Translations under genes and position numbers: made by a program | Notes under the pieces: generated by a model | Told to the model about the DNA's origin: nothing | The model's database searches: none | The model's input: only the letters and a program-made list of their open reading frames with translations | Source of the DNA: Acidobacteriota bacterium | GTDB lineage: Bacteria; Acidobacteriota; UBA6911 | DNA: 64,000 nucleotides | NCBI GenBank assembly: GCA_963664705.1 | Contig: OY761556.1 | Span: 3,328,001-3,392,000 of the forward strand | Direction of reading: 5' to 3' | In this document: positions 50,533-60,936 of the stretch, piece after piece | Layout: every line of letters starts with the position of its first letter | How positions within the stretch are numbered: position 1 is the stretch's first letter

Positions 50533-53500
50533 AGCTTGCCGATGTCAGCATTAGGCGTCCCGTATTTGCTTTCATGATGTCTGCGGCCATTGTGGTCCTC
50601 GGGCTGGCTTCCTATAGCCAGCTCGGTCTCGACCTGATGCCGAAGACAGACATGCCCATGGTGTTTGTCCGGACAAGCTTGCCGGGGGCCAGCGCAGAAG
50701 AAATCGAAAGCCAGATCACAAAGCCGGTTGAAGAGGTCGTCAACACCATTGCCGGAATTGACGAATTGCGGTCAGGTTCCTCCCAAGGGAATTCGCAGGT
50801 AATGATCCAATTCACTCTTGAGCGCGATATCGAATCTGCGGTTCAGGATGTTCGCGACAAAGTGGCCACCATCGTCAATCAATTTCCCTTGGATACGCTT
50901 CCACCGGTGATCCAGAAAATGGACCCGGATGCGAACCCGATTTTGACGATCGCGGTTTCGGGCGACCGATCGCAAAAAGAAATCAGCCAGATCGTCGACA
51001 AAAACATCAAGCAGGTTCTTGAAACCGTAAAGAACGTGGGAGAAGTCACGTTCACCGGTGACAGGCCCAGGGAAATTCAACTGCTCCTGAATGAAGATCG
51101 CATGAATGCCTACAACCTAACGGTTGACCAGGTTCGCATGGCAGTCCAGCGGCAGAATGTGGAAATCCCCGGAGGAAGCTTCCTGTCGGGCCCCCAGGAA
51201 ATTGCATTGCGTACCATGGGGCGCATCCAGAACGTCGATGACTTCAACAAGATCATCATCGCCTACAAGGATGGATCGGTCATCACATTCAAAGATATCG
51301 GCCGCGTGCTCGACACTGTTCAGGAACCCAAGAGCGTTGCGCGGTTGGATGGACGCGATGCCGTGTCGCTGATGATCCGGAAACAATCCGGAACCAACAC
51401 GGTTGAAGTGGTGGATGATGTATTGACCCGCCTCAAGCGGATCGAGTCCACGCTTCCACCCGATATAAAGGTGCAAACCACGCGCGACCAGTCTACCTTC
51501 ATCCGCAAGTCCTTTGAAGAAATCCAGCACCACCTGATCTTTGGCGGATTACTGGCCAGCATCGTCGTACTTTTGTTCATGCGGAATTTCCGGTCCACAC
51601 TGATCGCAGCGGTCGCCATTCCTGTCTCCATTATCGGGACCTTCACGATCATGAAGGGGTTTAATTTCACCCTGAACAACATGACCATGCTTGCGCTATC
51701 TCTGGCAACGGGTATCGTGATCGACGATGCGATCGTGGTATTGGAAAACATATTCCGGTACGTCGAGGAAAAGAAGGTTCCACCGCGTGAAGCTGCTTCC
51801 AAAGCTACAAGCGAAATCGGGCTGGCGGTTATGGCCACGACACTGTCACTGGTTGTGATCTTCCTTCCGGTTGCATTCATGACGGGTCAGGTCGGCCAAT
51901 ATTTCTACAGCTTTGGCATCGTTTCGGCAGCGGCATTCCTGCTGTCCATGTTCGTTTCATTCACGCTGACTCCTGCGCTTTGCGGTCACTGGCTGAAAGC
52001 GAAGGATACCGCCCATAAAACATCCAAATCCCAGGGCTTCTACGCTGTCATCGACCGCTCCTACGGCAGAATGCTCAACTGGAGCCTGCATCATCGCTAC
52101 GTTATCGTCATGATTGCGGCAGCGGTGGTCCTGTCATCCTGGTTCCTCTTCGGCCGAATTGGTAAGGAACTCGTACCGGATGACGACCAATCCGAATACA
52201 GCATCAACATCCGCCTTCCGCGCGGGACCAACTTCCAGCGTACGGATCAATACATCCGGCCGATTGAGGAAGACATCCGTCGGATGCGCGAAGTGAAGAC
52301 GGTTTTTTCAAACGTCAATGCAGCATCTGCCAACATCTATGTCGGATTGACGCCACTGGACAGCCGGAAAGTTTCCCAGCAGACCCTGATGCGCGAAGCT
52401 CGCGTGTATCTCCGAAAATATCCGGGCGCAAGAATCAGCGTTTCCGGCGGCACGGATCTTTCGGGATCCTCCAGCGCGGGCGGCGGCCGGGGCGGCGGTA
52501 TGAACCGCGTCCAATACCTGATTCAGGGACCGGAAATCGAGCAACTCCAGTCTTACACAACTCAGTTGCTGGACAAGGTACGCACGATTCCAGGCATCGT
52601 GGATGCGGATACAAACTTCGAGCCGACGGCCCCGGAGCTTCGCGTGCACGTCAATCGTGCCCGCGCGGCGGACCTGGGCGTTTCGATCGACTCCCTGGCA
52701 TCCAATCTGCGGACGCTTGTCGGAGGATCGGAAGTCTCCAAGTATAGAGAAGGTGACGACCAGTTCTCCGTCATGCTGCGATTGGATGAGCAATTCCGCA
52801 ACGATCCGTCATCCATGGGAAATCTGCTTGTTCCCGGCACGGGTGGAAGACCGCTTAAGATAAGCGATGTTGCCCAGCTTACCCAGGAACCGGGACCCGC
52901 AGGAATTGACCGGTATAACCGACAGCGCCAGATTTCGATCAGCGGCAACCTCGATGGGATTCCGATGCAGGCGGGAAACGAGGCGGTTCAGCAAAAGATC
53001 GACGAGATGCGCTTGAAGCCCGGGTATACGGCGGTGGCCGGGTTCGGAGCCAGGATTCTCAGCCAGGCATCCAGTGATTTTGCAATGGCTGTGATTCTCG
53101 CGGTCATCTTCATCTACATGGTGCTGGCCTCTCAGTTCAACAGTTTCATCCATCCGCTCACAATCATGACCTCCATTCCATTGAGCGTCCCCTGCGGTCT
53201 GTTTGCGCTCATCATCTTTGGCATGACGGTGAATGTGTACAGCGCGATCGGGTTGATGATGCTGTTCGGGATCGTGAAAAAGAACTCGATTCTGCAGGTT
53301 GATTACACGAACACGCTTGTGGAACAAGGGCTGGAAAGGCATGACGCCATCATTCAGGCAAACCATGTCCGCCTTCGCCCCATTCTGATGACGACGATTG
53401 CAATCGTCGCCGGCATGCTTCCGATCGCTTTTGGACGCGGCTCCGGTTCCGGATCGCGCGCCTCCATGGCGGTAACAATCATCGGCGGCCAGGCGATCTG

Positions 53501-53636
53501 CCTTTTGTTAACGCTGCTGGTTACGCCGGTTATCTATTCGCTCTTTGACGATCTGAAGGCATGGTCACGGCGGATGGTTGGAGCACAGGAAGAAGTTGCT
53601 TCTACGGCAGCTACAACGGAAGAAAGCGCAAGCTAG
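50529..53636 (+). CDS. RND efflux permease subunit (AcrB/MdtBC-like)
   Basis: SIRRPV, PGASAEEIE, GIVIDDAIVVLENI, GIVKKNSIL, RLRPILMTT. Confidence 0.96.
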   Translation: MKLADVSIRRPVFAFMMSAAIVVLGLASYSQLGLDLMPKTDMPMVFVRTSLPGASAEEIESQITKPVEEVVNTIAGIDELRSGSSQGNSQVMIQFTLERDIESAVQDVRDKVATIVNQFPLDTLPPVIQKMDPDANPILTIAVSGDRSQKEISQIVDKNIKQVLETVKNVGEVTFTGDRPREIQLLLNEDRMNAYNLTVDQVRMAVQRQNVEIPGGSFLSGPQEIALRTMGRIQNVDDFNKIIIAYKDGSVITFKDIGRVLDTVQEPKSVARLDGRDAVSLMIRKQSGTNTVEVVDDVLTRLKRIESTLPPDIKVQTTRDQSTFIRKSFEEIQHHLIFGGLLASIVVLLFMRNFRSTLIAAVAIPVSIIGTFTIMKGFNFTLNNMTMLALSLATGIVIDDAIVVLENIFRYVEEKKVPPREAASKATSEIGLAVMATTLSLVVIFLPVAFMTGQVGQYFYSFGIVSAAAFLLSMFVSFTLTPALCGHWLKAKDTAHKTSKSQGFYAVIDRSYGRMLNWSLHHRYVIVMIAAAVVLSSWFLFGRIGKELVPDDDQSEYSINIRLPRGTNFQRTDQYIRPIEEDIRRMREVKTVFSNVNAASANIYVGLTPLDSRKVSQQTLMREARVYLRKYPGARISVSGGTDLSGSSSAGGGRGGGMNRVQYLIQGPEIEQLQSYTTQLLDKVRTIPGIVDADTNFEPTAPELRVHVNRARAADLGVSIDSLASNLRTLVGGSEVSKYREGDDQFSVMLRLDEQFRNDPSSMGNLLVPGTGGRPLKISDVAQLTQEPGPAGIDRYNRQRQISISGNLDGIPMQAGNEAVQQKIDEMRLKPGYTAVAGFGARILSQASSDFAMAVILAVIFIYMVLASQFNSFIHPLTIMTSIPLSVPCGLFALIIFGMTVNVYSAIGLMMLFGIVKKNSILQVDYTNTLVEQGLERHDAIIQANHVRLRPILMTTIAIVAGMLPIAFGRGSGSGSRASMAVTIIGGQAICLLLTLLVTPVIYSLFDDLKAWSRRMVGAQEEVASTAATTEESAS

Positions 53637-53653
53637 ATCCACTCAGTCCGGAA

Positions 53654-53684
53654 AAACCCGCGGCAATGAACTTGCCGCGGGTTT
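53654..53684. terminator. Bidirectional terminator
   Basis: AAAACCCGCGGCAA...TTGCCGCGGGTTTT between convergent genes. Confidence 0.8.
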
Positions 53685-53881
53685 TACGAATCCTTCGCCG
53701 GTTTTTCCTCAAACAGCTGACACTCAATCCCCGAGCTTTCATAAACAATCAATGCCGGATTTCGGTGCGCCTTGAATCCATGAGCCTTGCAGCCGTATGG
53801 CTGTCTCGCATCCCAGGTAACCTGGTAATAGCGGCATTTGATACAGGCAATTCGTCTCCGGCTTCCCTCTGCATCGCCCAT
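53684..53881 (-). CDS. Small Cys-rich hypothetical protein
   Basis: CIKC-YYQVTWD-PYGC-GFK-SSGIEC pattern; GGAG RBS. Confidence 0.75.
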   Translation of the reverse strand: MGDAEGSRRRIACIKCRYYQVTWDARQPYGCKAHGFKAHRNPALIVYESSGIECQLFEEKPAKDS

Positions 53882-53915
53882 TGAAATTCTCCGTTGCTTG
53901 GAAGATCCAATGTAT

Positions 53916-55406
53916 CTACTCATCAAGTCTGGATGCCAGTATATTCTGCAGCCGTTTGGCATCACGACGAAGATGAATGGTTCTGCCACTTCTCACATAG
54001 ACTAATCCCGGTTTGGCACCTTTGGGCTTTTTTACATCCTTGATGTGCGCCATGTGGACATCGGCATTCCCGGCGTTCTTCATTTTAGAAAAATGCACGG
54101 CCAGTTCACACGCATCCAGCAGGGATTTTGGCGGAGGATCCGGCCGACCCTCGGTTCGCAATATGACATGGCTTCCAGGATACCCTTCAAGGTGAAAGAA
54201 GAGATCATTGCCTCGCGCAAGGCGCGTTGTCAGATAATCATTCCCCTCGTCGCTTCGTCCCACCCAAATCTCCAGACCATCCTGTGTCCGATATTTTTTG
54301 GGGAGAAGCCTGGATGGTATGTCCTTTTTCTGGCTAACGGGACGAGCGGGCTCACCTCCCGGCTTCCGCCGCGATGATGTACGCTGCAGGAGCCGTCGCA
54401 CGCGGGGCAATTCGGCGATCCGCTCCAACGTCACGACATCCGGCATTTCGCCGTTCCCGGCCTGCCGCGCCTGCTCAGCGATCAGGTTGAGTTCTCCCTG
54501 AGAGACCTGGAGTTCGGATAGCTGCTGCTCGATCATAATCACGCCTCGGGATTCTTTTTGATACCGGGCAAAGTACGACTCCAGATTGGCCGCGGGTGAG
54601 AGCCTGGGATCGACAGGGATCTCCACAACCTCTCCAGTCTGATAATCCCTCGCCTTGACGATTTCATCTCCCGGCTGAATCGTATGCAGAACTCCCTTCA
54701 GCAACTCGCCGATGTGCCTGGATTGCTCCGCCTTTTTTGCCTCTCCCAGGTCTTCCTGCAAATGAACCGCCTTGCGATCGAGAAAAGACCGCTCTTTCTT
54801 CAGCGCCTGTTCGATCCTCCGCAGCAGTGCCTGACCGCGATCCTTTCTTTCCAGGTGATCATAGGCGTCACAAACTGCATCCAGGTATTCGGCATCCGGG
54901 ACATCTTCCCACCTGTCCGTACCTTCGTTTGGCGCAATGCTGTGAGGATCCACCCAGGAATCGCCAATTTTCAGCTCACGCCTAGTATCTTCCAGGGATC
55001 GCATGGAGTGCACTAGTTTCCACTGTTGATCAAGCAAATAAAGATTGGTGCGGGCTCCAAGGATTGAGAAGACGAGCGTGAAGCGATCCTCGCCCCTGTC
55101 AAGCCGGATCCCGACCTGCCTATCCCCATCTCGAATGTCCATTCCGCTAAAGCGAGTCCCATGCAGGTGAGCACGCAGGTACTCGCAAAACGAACCGGGC
55201 GGCGGCGTTTTCTCCGGCAACGCTGTCAAGCAGAAGCGCGCATAATCCGGGCTTGTGGAAATGAGCAGGTGCACTTTTCCTCCGGAAACCTCAAAGGTCA
55301 AAATCACCTGTTGATCTTCCGGCTGCGATGCTCGCCGCAGTACTCCCCCCACCAGTTTCTCCTGAAGTTGATGGGCCGCGCGCCGGAACTCACACAAACG
55401 TAACAT
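53916..55406 (-). CDS. rqcH: NFACT family protein (RqcH/FbpA-like)
   Basis: NFACT-N with GDR motif, coiled coil, NLESYFARYQK, C-terminal VGRSDEGNDYLT...FFHLEGYPGSHV...KPKGAKPGLV. Confidence 0.8.
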   Translation of the reverse strand: MLRLCEFRRAAHQLQEKLVGGVLRRASQPEDQQVILTFEVSGGKVHLLISTSPDYARFCLTALPEKTPPPGSFCEYLRAHLHGTRFSGMDIRDGDRQVGIRLDRGEDRFTLVFSILGARTNLYLLDQQWKLVHSMRSLEDTRRELKIGDSWVDPHSIAPNEGTDRWEDVPDAEYLDAVCDAYDHLERKDRGQALLRRIEQALKKERSFLDRKAVHLQEDLGEAKKAEQSRHIGELLKGVLHTIQPGDEIVKARDYQTGEVVEIPVDPRLSPAANLESYFARYQKESRGVIMIEQQLSELQVSQGELNLIAEQARQAGNGEMPDVVTLERIAELPRVRRLLQRTSSRRKPGGEPARPVSQKKDIPSRLLPKKYRTQDGLEIWVGRSDEGNDYLTTRLARGNDLFFHLEGYPGSHVILRTEGRPDPPPKSLLDACELAVHFSKMKNAGNADVHMAHIKDVKKPKGAKPGLVYVRSGRTIHLRRDAKRLQNILASRLDE

Positions 55407-55517
55407 GCTTCCTCCGCCTTAAGTTCGGCCTAAGGATAACACAGCTAAAAACAGGGACGTCCCACATCCCTGTTTTTTGTCAGGCATGCTACAATGCACA
55501 ACTTTGCAGAGGGAACC

Positions 55518-56648
55518 ATGCTGTCGATTGTCCGGAAGCACAAATGGAGTGTAGCCGCAGGGATGTTGATTGTGCTGACCCTGCTTTGGGTCCCGGGCAA
55601 ACACGCCATTTTCGCAATCCGCCTTGCCTTGGGTATAAAGGAGTTGGCATCCGGAGTAAACCGGCAGGATCTTCCGGTCAAACAGGTAAAGCTGCACGGC
55701 TCCATGAATGGCTCGGAATACGAAGCCCTGCTTTATTCGCCCGAGAAATTCCAACCGACGACTGCCGTCATTCTTGTTGCCGGCTTAAGTGAACTCGGAT
55801 GCTACCACCCGCGGGCGGTTGCCTTATCGCGGGTCCTGGCGTCCAGGGGCTTACTGGTCATTACGCCGGACATCAAGGAATTCAGGGATTTCCAAATATC
55901 GCCGGAGCCAATCAGGCAAATCCTGTTCTGGCTCCGCGAAATTCGAGGACTCAAGGAAGGTTTGCACATTACAAAAACCGGCATTGGGGGAATCTCCTTT
56001 TCGGGAACGCTCGCCCTGATATCGGCGGCTCAACCGGAGGTTCGCGACACGCTTGGATTTGTCGCGGCAATAGGACCTTATTCAGACCTGCTGCGCTGCA
56101 CAAAAGACTGGTTTGCTGCGGCTCCCGAATCCCGCTCGAATTATTATCCAACGCGGTTTTATGCAAAGTGGATCATCATGCGATCCGCGTTGGACATGAT
56201 TACCGACTCCAACGAGCGACTCTTTTTGCGCGACGTCCTCACCGATCTGCTGCTGCAAAAAACAGTCCCGCCGGCTCATGCCGGGATGTCGTCGCAGGCT
56301 ACACGATGGTACGGATTGGCAACTATGCCCGAAACACAAACAGATCAGGAATTGACGGATGAAATTGAACGTTACCTGGTTTTACGAATATATCCTCAAC
56401 TCGATCCTGAAAAGGCCCTGAAGGAAATTCGCTGCCCTGTATTCCTGATTCACGGAACCTATGACGACCTGATTCCGGCTGAGGAAAGTATTGAACTGAA
56501 CCGAAAATTGCCGAATTCGTACCTGCTCATCAGCCCATTTCTGACCCACACTCATCCAGCTGATACCCATTTATCCCTGAGCCAGAACCTGAAAGCCGCG
56601 ACCGATGCGCTCACATTCTTTTACCAATTCGCGGAGGTTGTCCAGTAA
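55518..56648 (+). CDS. Membrane-anchored alpha/beta hydrolase
   Basis: N-terminal TM, GISFSG nucleophile elbow, HGTYDDLIP, FLTH. Confidence 0.75.
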   Translation: MLSIVRKHKWSVAAGMLIVLTLLWVPGKHAIFAIRLALGIKELASGVNRQDLPVKQVKLHGSMNGSEYEALLYSPEKFQPTTAVILVAGLSELGCYHPRAVALSRVLASRGLLVITPDIKEFRDFQISPEPIRQILFWLREIRGLKEGLHITKTGIGGISFSGTLALISAAQPEVRDTLGFVAAIGPYSDLLRCTKDWFAAAPESRSNYYPTRFYAKWIIMRSALDMITDSNERLFLRDVLTDLLLQKTVPPAHAGMSSQATRWYGLATMPETQTDQELTDEIERYLVLRIYPQLDPEKALKEIRCPVFLIHGTYDDLIPAEESIELNRKLPNSYLLISPFLTHTHPADTHLSLSQNLKAATDALTFFYQFAEVVQ

Positions 56649-56833
56649 AGTCACGACTCCGCCCATTCGGTTGGTTTTTGGTAAGAACGCCGATATGCCG
56701 GCCACGGTGCTCCCTGCGCATTCGATCCGGGAATCGACATTTCCGGTGGTTTCACACCGCCTGCTTTTTCCATAGGAAAACAGGTTCATCTCCATTAAAA
56801 TTCCACCCCTTGGGCTAACAGGAAGGTCACACA

Positions 56834-57889
56834 ATGACGGCACTCTATGCAGTGATAATGGCAGGCGGGCGAGGCGAAAGATTCTGGCCCCTCAGCACAA
56901 GCAATCTTCCTAAACCTTTCATTAAGCTCCTGGGTTCCAGTTCACTGATTCAGGATACGGTTTCGAGAATCGAACCTATTGTTCCGCGGGAGAGAATCCT
57001 GATATCCATTGGAGCGGCGCATCTCGATATCGCACGGCAACAGCTGCCGCAAATCCCTCCGGAGAATTTTCTGGTCGAACCGGTTGGTCGCGACACATCG
57101 GCCTGCATCGGTTTTTGCGCCCTGCACATTGAGCATCGGGATCCCAAGGGAATCATGCTGGCACTTCCCGCGGATCATTTCGTTAGCGATGCAGAGGGAT
57201 ATCGATCCACAATCCGGAAAGGGCTCGATAATCTGGAAGGAGCGGCGGGCGTTATTTTCGGCATTCCCCCCTCGCGCCCTGAAACAGGATACGGGTATAT
57301 TCTAGCCCAAAAGCCGGAGATTGCAGCGGATGCCTGGCCGGTCATCCGGTTCGTTGAAAAACCGGATGCGCCCACAGCCGCCCGCTTCCTGGCATCCGGA
57401 GACTATTTCTGGAACAGCGGGATGTTTCTATGGAACAATCGAATTCTTCTGGAGCTTTTTCAGAAGCATATGCCTGAGGTATATACGGGTCTGTGCGGGT
57501 TGCGCCCCTTGCTGTCGGGAAAAGACACGGAGTCGCAGATATCGGAAATCTTCTCTTCTCTGCCCCGCATCTCCATTGATTTCGGAATTATGGAAAAGAC
57601 ATCCGGCCTGAGGCTGGTCCCGGCACAATTTGTTTGGGATGATATTGGAAACTGGGCGTCGCTGGAAAGAGCCCTTCCACCCGATCCGAAGGGAAATATC
57701 GCGCAGGGCTCTCACGTGGCATTGGATTCAAGCGGTTGTGTCATCTATGCTCAGAATGGGACGGTGGCCGCTTTTGGAGTATCAGATCTGATAATAGTGG
57801 AAGCATACGGCAAGGTGCTTGTCTGTCCCAAAGACCGGGCCGCCGACTTAAAGAAATTGGTTACTGCATTGGGCCCGCACGAGGGCTGA
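56834..57889 (+). CDS. manC: Mannose-1-phosphate guanylyltransferase
   Basis: [47 protein letters not shown]. Confidence 0.93.
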   Translation: MTALYAVIMAGGRGERFWPLSTSNLPKPFIKLLGSSSLIQDTVSRIEPIVPRERILISIGAAHLDIARQQLPQIPPENFLVEPVGRDTSACIGFCALHIEHRDPKGIMLALPADHFVSDAEGYRSTIRKGLDNLEGAAGVIFGIPPSRPETGYGYILAQKPEIAADAWPVIRFVEKPDAPTAARFLASGDYFWNSGMFLWNNRILLELFQKHMPEVYTGLCGLRPLLSGKDTESQISEIFSSLPRISIDFGIMEKTSGLRLVPAQFVWDDIGNWASLERALPPDPKGNIAQGSHVALDSSGCVIYAQNGTVAAFGVSDLIIVEAYGKVLVCPKDRAADLKKLVTALGPHEG

Positions 57890-57903
57890 TTGGAGATTCA
57901 GCA

Positions 57904-59151
57904 ATGAGCGCAAAAGCAAAAAAGGTAGTACTGGCATACAGTGGTGGTCTGGATACATCGATTATTATTCCCTGGCTCAAGGAGAACTACGGCGCGGAAG
58001 TCATCGCCTTCGCAGCCGACGTCGGACAGGGGAGTGAATTGACTGGGCTGGAAGAAAAGGCCATCAAGACCGGTGCCTCCAAATGCATTGTCGAGGATCT
58101 TCGGGACGAGTTTGTTTCCGAATTCGTCTTCCCCACTCTGAGAGCCGGGGCGATCTATGAGAGAAAATATCTCCTTGGCACCTCTTTTGCCCGCCCATTG
58201 ATTGCACGCCGACAGGTGGAGATTGCGGAACAGGAAGGCGCCGATGCGGTATCGCACGGCTGCACGGGCAAGGGCAATGACCAGGTGCGGTTTGAGCTTA
58301 CCTATAAAGCCCTGAATCCCAAGCTGCGGATCATTGCTCCCTGGCGTGAATGGGACATCAAATCGCGCGAAGACGAAATCGATTATGCACAGGATCGCAA
58401 AGTTCCAATTACGGCAACCAAGGAAAAAATCTACAGTGAAGACCGTAATCTCTGGCACCTCAGCCACGAAGGCGGCATCCTGGAAAATCCCTGGGCCGAG
58501 CCTGAAGAGAGTATGTATGTCATGACGGTATCTCCGGAAAAAGCTCCGGACACGCCGCAGTATATCGAGATCGAATTCGCGAATGGCAATCCGATCGCGG
58601 TGGACGGGAAAAAACTCAGTTCAGTGGAAATTATCGAAACGCTGAACAAGGTTGGAGGCGCCCACGGGATAGGACGCATCGACCTCGTGGAAAATCGACT
58701 TGTCGGCATGAAGTCGCGCGGGGTTTATGAAACTCCCGGCGGAACCCTTCTCCTCGCGGCACACCGGGAACTGGAGAGCATGACCCTCGACAAGGCTACC
58801 CTGCACTACAAAGACATACTCGCCGGAAAGTATGCGGAACTCGTTTACAACGGACAGTGGTTCACGCCGCTCCGCTATGCAATGGATGCCTTCATCGACA
58901 CCATCCAGGCGCGGGTAAGCGGAGCCGTTCGGCTGAAATTGTACAAGGGGAACGTCATCATCGCCGGCAGAAAATCTCCCTTCTCGCTGTATCGCGAAGA
59001 TCTGGCGACATTCGCGGAAGACAGCGTCTACAACCAGAAAGATGCCGAAGGGTTCATCAATCTTTTCGGTTTGCCGAACAAGGTGGAAGCGCTGCTTGGC
59101 ATGGCGGGAGCCCAGGCTACAAATTACCGTGAACGAAAGTACAAGAAATAG
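57904..59151 (+). CDS. argG: Argininosuccinate synthase
   Basis: [34 protein letters not shown]. Confidence 0.98.
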   Translation: MSAKAKKVVLAYSGGLDTSIIIPWLKENYGAEVIAFAADVGQGSELTGLEEKAIKTGASKCIVEDLRDEFVSEFVFPTLRAGAIYERKYLLGTSFARPLIARRQVEIAEQEGADAVSHGCTGKGNDQVRFELTYKALNPKLRIIAPWREWDIKSREDEIDYAQDRKVPITATKEKIYSEDRNLWHLSHEGGILENPWAEPEESMYVMTVSPEKAPDTPQYIEIEFANGNPIAVDGKKLSSVEIIETLNKVGGAHGIGRIDLVENRLVGMKSRGVYETPGGTLLLAAHRELESMTLDKATLHYKDILAGKYAELVYNGQWFTPLRYAMDAFIDTIQARVSGAVRLKLYKGNVIIAGRKSPFSLYREDLATFAEDSVYNQKDAEGFINLFGLPNKVEALLGMAGAQATNYRERKYKK

Positions 59152-59277
59152 TAGTCGGTCATCAGCAGCCGGTAGTCGGCATCAACAGTAAAGCTCGTTC
59201 GACGGCATGGTGCAGTGTTATGCTAAATCATGCCGTCGACGACACGGACTAACGGCGGCCGGCAACTGACGACTGAT

Positions 59278-60915
59278 ATGGCGACATTTACTGACATTCC
59301 GTTTCATCAGATTCCACGACAATCCCCGCTGTTCTTGAATTACCTTCAATCCGCACCGGCTTCTTTGCGCTTTTACCAACGGCCCCCAACCCTGCAGAGC
59401 ATCGAGTCTCTGGCTCGAACCGGACTTGAAACAGTCCAATTCCCGAGGGCCGAAATTGCTGCCATTCTGCAAATCCAGAATCGCTCCTATGGCTGTGATG
59501 ACGTCACCATGGACCGCATCAACGACCTGAAAAACCCGGATTGCGTGGCAATCCTGACGGGACAGCAGGTAGGCCTTTTCACCGGGCCGTCGTATACGAT
59601 CTATAAAGCGCTGACTGCCGTGCGGCTTGCGGATGAGCTGCGGCTTCGAGGAATTCCCGCAGTTCCGATTTTCTGGATGGATACGGAAGATCACGATCTG
59701 GCGGAAGTGACGCATTGCACATTGCTCGATACCAATTCCTCCTTGCGCACCGTTGATTTCAGGGAAATTCTCTTCAAGGAACCACCAACGGGCCCGACAG
59801 GTTCGGTGACGTTTCCGGAGAACATCCATCTGGCTATTGAGGAGTTTTTGTCCGGCATTCCTGAGAACAGTTGGAAGGAAGAAGTCCGCCTTCAATTGGT
59901 AAGCGCATGCAGGCCGGGCACCACATTCGGCCAGTCCTTCGGGGAATTGCTGGCCAAGTCGCTCCCCGGTTCCGGGCTTATCCTGTTTGATCCGCACGCG
60001 CCTGAAGCGAAACGCTTAACCGCCTCGATATATCAAAAGGCTCTCCACAACGCGGAATCAATCCGTTCCGCACTCCTGAGCAGGAACCGGGAACTGGAAA
60101 ATTCCGGCTTTCATGCCCAGGTGAATGTTCTCGATAATTCGACCGTTCTTTTCTTTATGGAAGATGGCGAAAGACGGGCGATCGAGCAGCGAGAGCAGGC
60201 ATTTTCACTGAAGAATTCCGGCCGGCAATTCCGCATGGATGAGCTTGTGGACTGTGCGGCCCGAACACCGGAAAAATTCAGTCCCAATGTTCTTTTGCGA
60301 CCGATCATTCAGGATCACCTTTTCCCTACGGTGGCCTATGTAGGGGGGTCCTCCGAGTTGGCCTATTTTGCCCAAATTGAAGCTCTCTACCAGATATATG
60401 GTCGCCCCATGCCAGTTATCTGGCCGCGCGACAGCTTCACGCTCGTTGAAAACGAAACGAGCCGCGAGATGATCCGGCTGGGGATTTCGTTTCAGGATTG
60501 CTTTCATGGCCATTCGGCAGTCATGGAAAAGGCCGTCCGGAATTCCGGCATTTCCCAGGCTCCGGCCACGCTCGAATCGTTGCAGATACGCCTGGACGGA
60601 GTTTTGTCGGACATCAAACCGGAGCTGCAATCCGTCGAGCCTCCGCTTGCGGAGGCCCTGGAGACGGCCCGTCGGAAAATCCAGCATAATATCCAGCACC
60701 TCAAATCGCAGCTGATCCGGCTGGAAGGGACACGGGCATCGGCTCTCTCCGACGCGGTCAATCTCATCCTGAACAATTGTTATCCCAGGCAGACTCTGCA
60801 GGAGCGGGAATTGGGAATCCAGCATTTCTATGCCCGCCACGGCGCATCCTTGCTTACGGCGGTAAAATCCGCGATCAATATCAACAGTTTTGCGCATCAT
60901 GTCGTCCATCTGTAG
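59278..60915 (+). CDS. bshC: Bacillithiol biosynthesis cysteine-adding enzyme
   Basis: TGQQVGLFTGPSYTIYKA, EDHDLAE, SPNVLLRP, YVGG..ELAY, LQERE. Confidence 0.92.
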   Translation: MATFTDIPFHQIPRQSPLFLNYLQSAPASLRFYQRPPTLQSIESLARTGLETVQFPRAEIAAILQIQNRSYGCDDVTMDRINDLKNPDCVAILTGQQVGLFTGPSYTIYKALTAVRLADELRLRGIPAVPIFWMDTEDHDLAEVTHCTLLDTNSSLRTVDFREILFKEPPTGPTGSVTFPENIHLAIEEFLSGIPENSWKEEVRLQLVSACRPGTTFGQSFGELLAKSLPGSGLILFDPHAPEAKRLTASIYQKALHNAESIRSALLSRNRELENSGFHAQVNVLDNSTVLFFMEDGERRAIEQREQAFSLKNSGRQFRMDELVDCAARTPEKFSPNVLLRPIIQDHLFPTVAYVGGSSELAYFAQIEALYQIYGRPMPVIWPRDSFTLVENETSREMIRLGISFQDCFHGHSAVMEKAVRNSGISQAPATLESLQIRLDGVLSDIKPELQSVEPPLAEALETARRKIQHNIQHLKSQLIRLEGTRASALSDAVNLILNNCYPRQTLQERELGIQHFYARHGASLLTAVKSAININSFAHHVVHL

Positions 60916-60936
60916 CCCGGCTTAATGAGGTGTCAC

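Noticed and set aside
53684-53881. Uracil-DNA glycosylase label that I recall being attached to similar small proteins
   Set aside because: At 65 aa with no UDG catalytic motifs, it is too small for the fold
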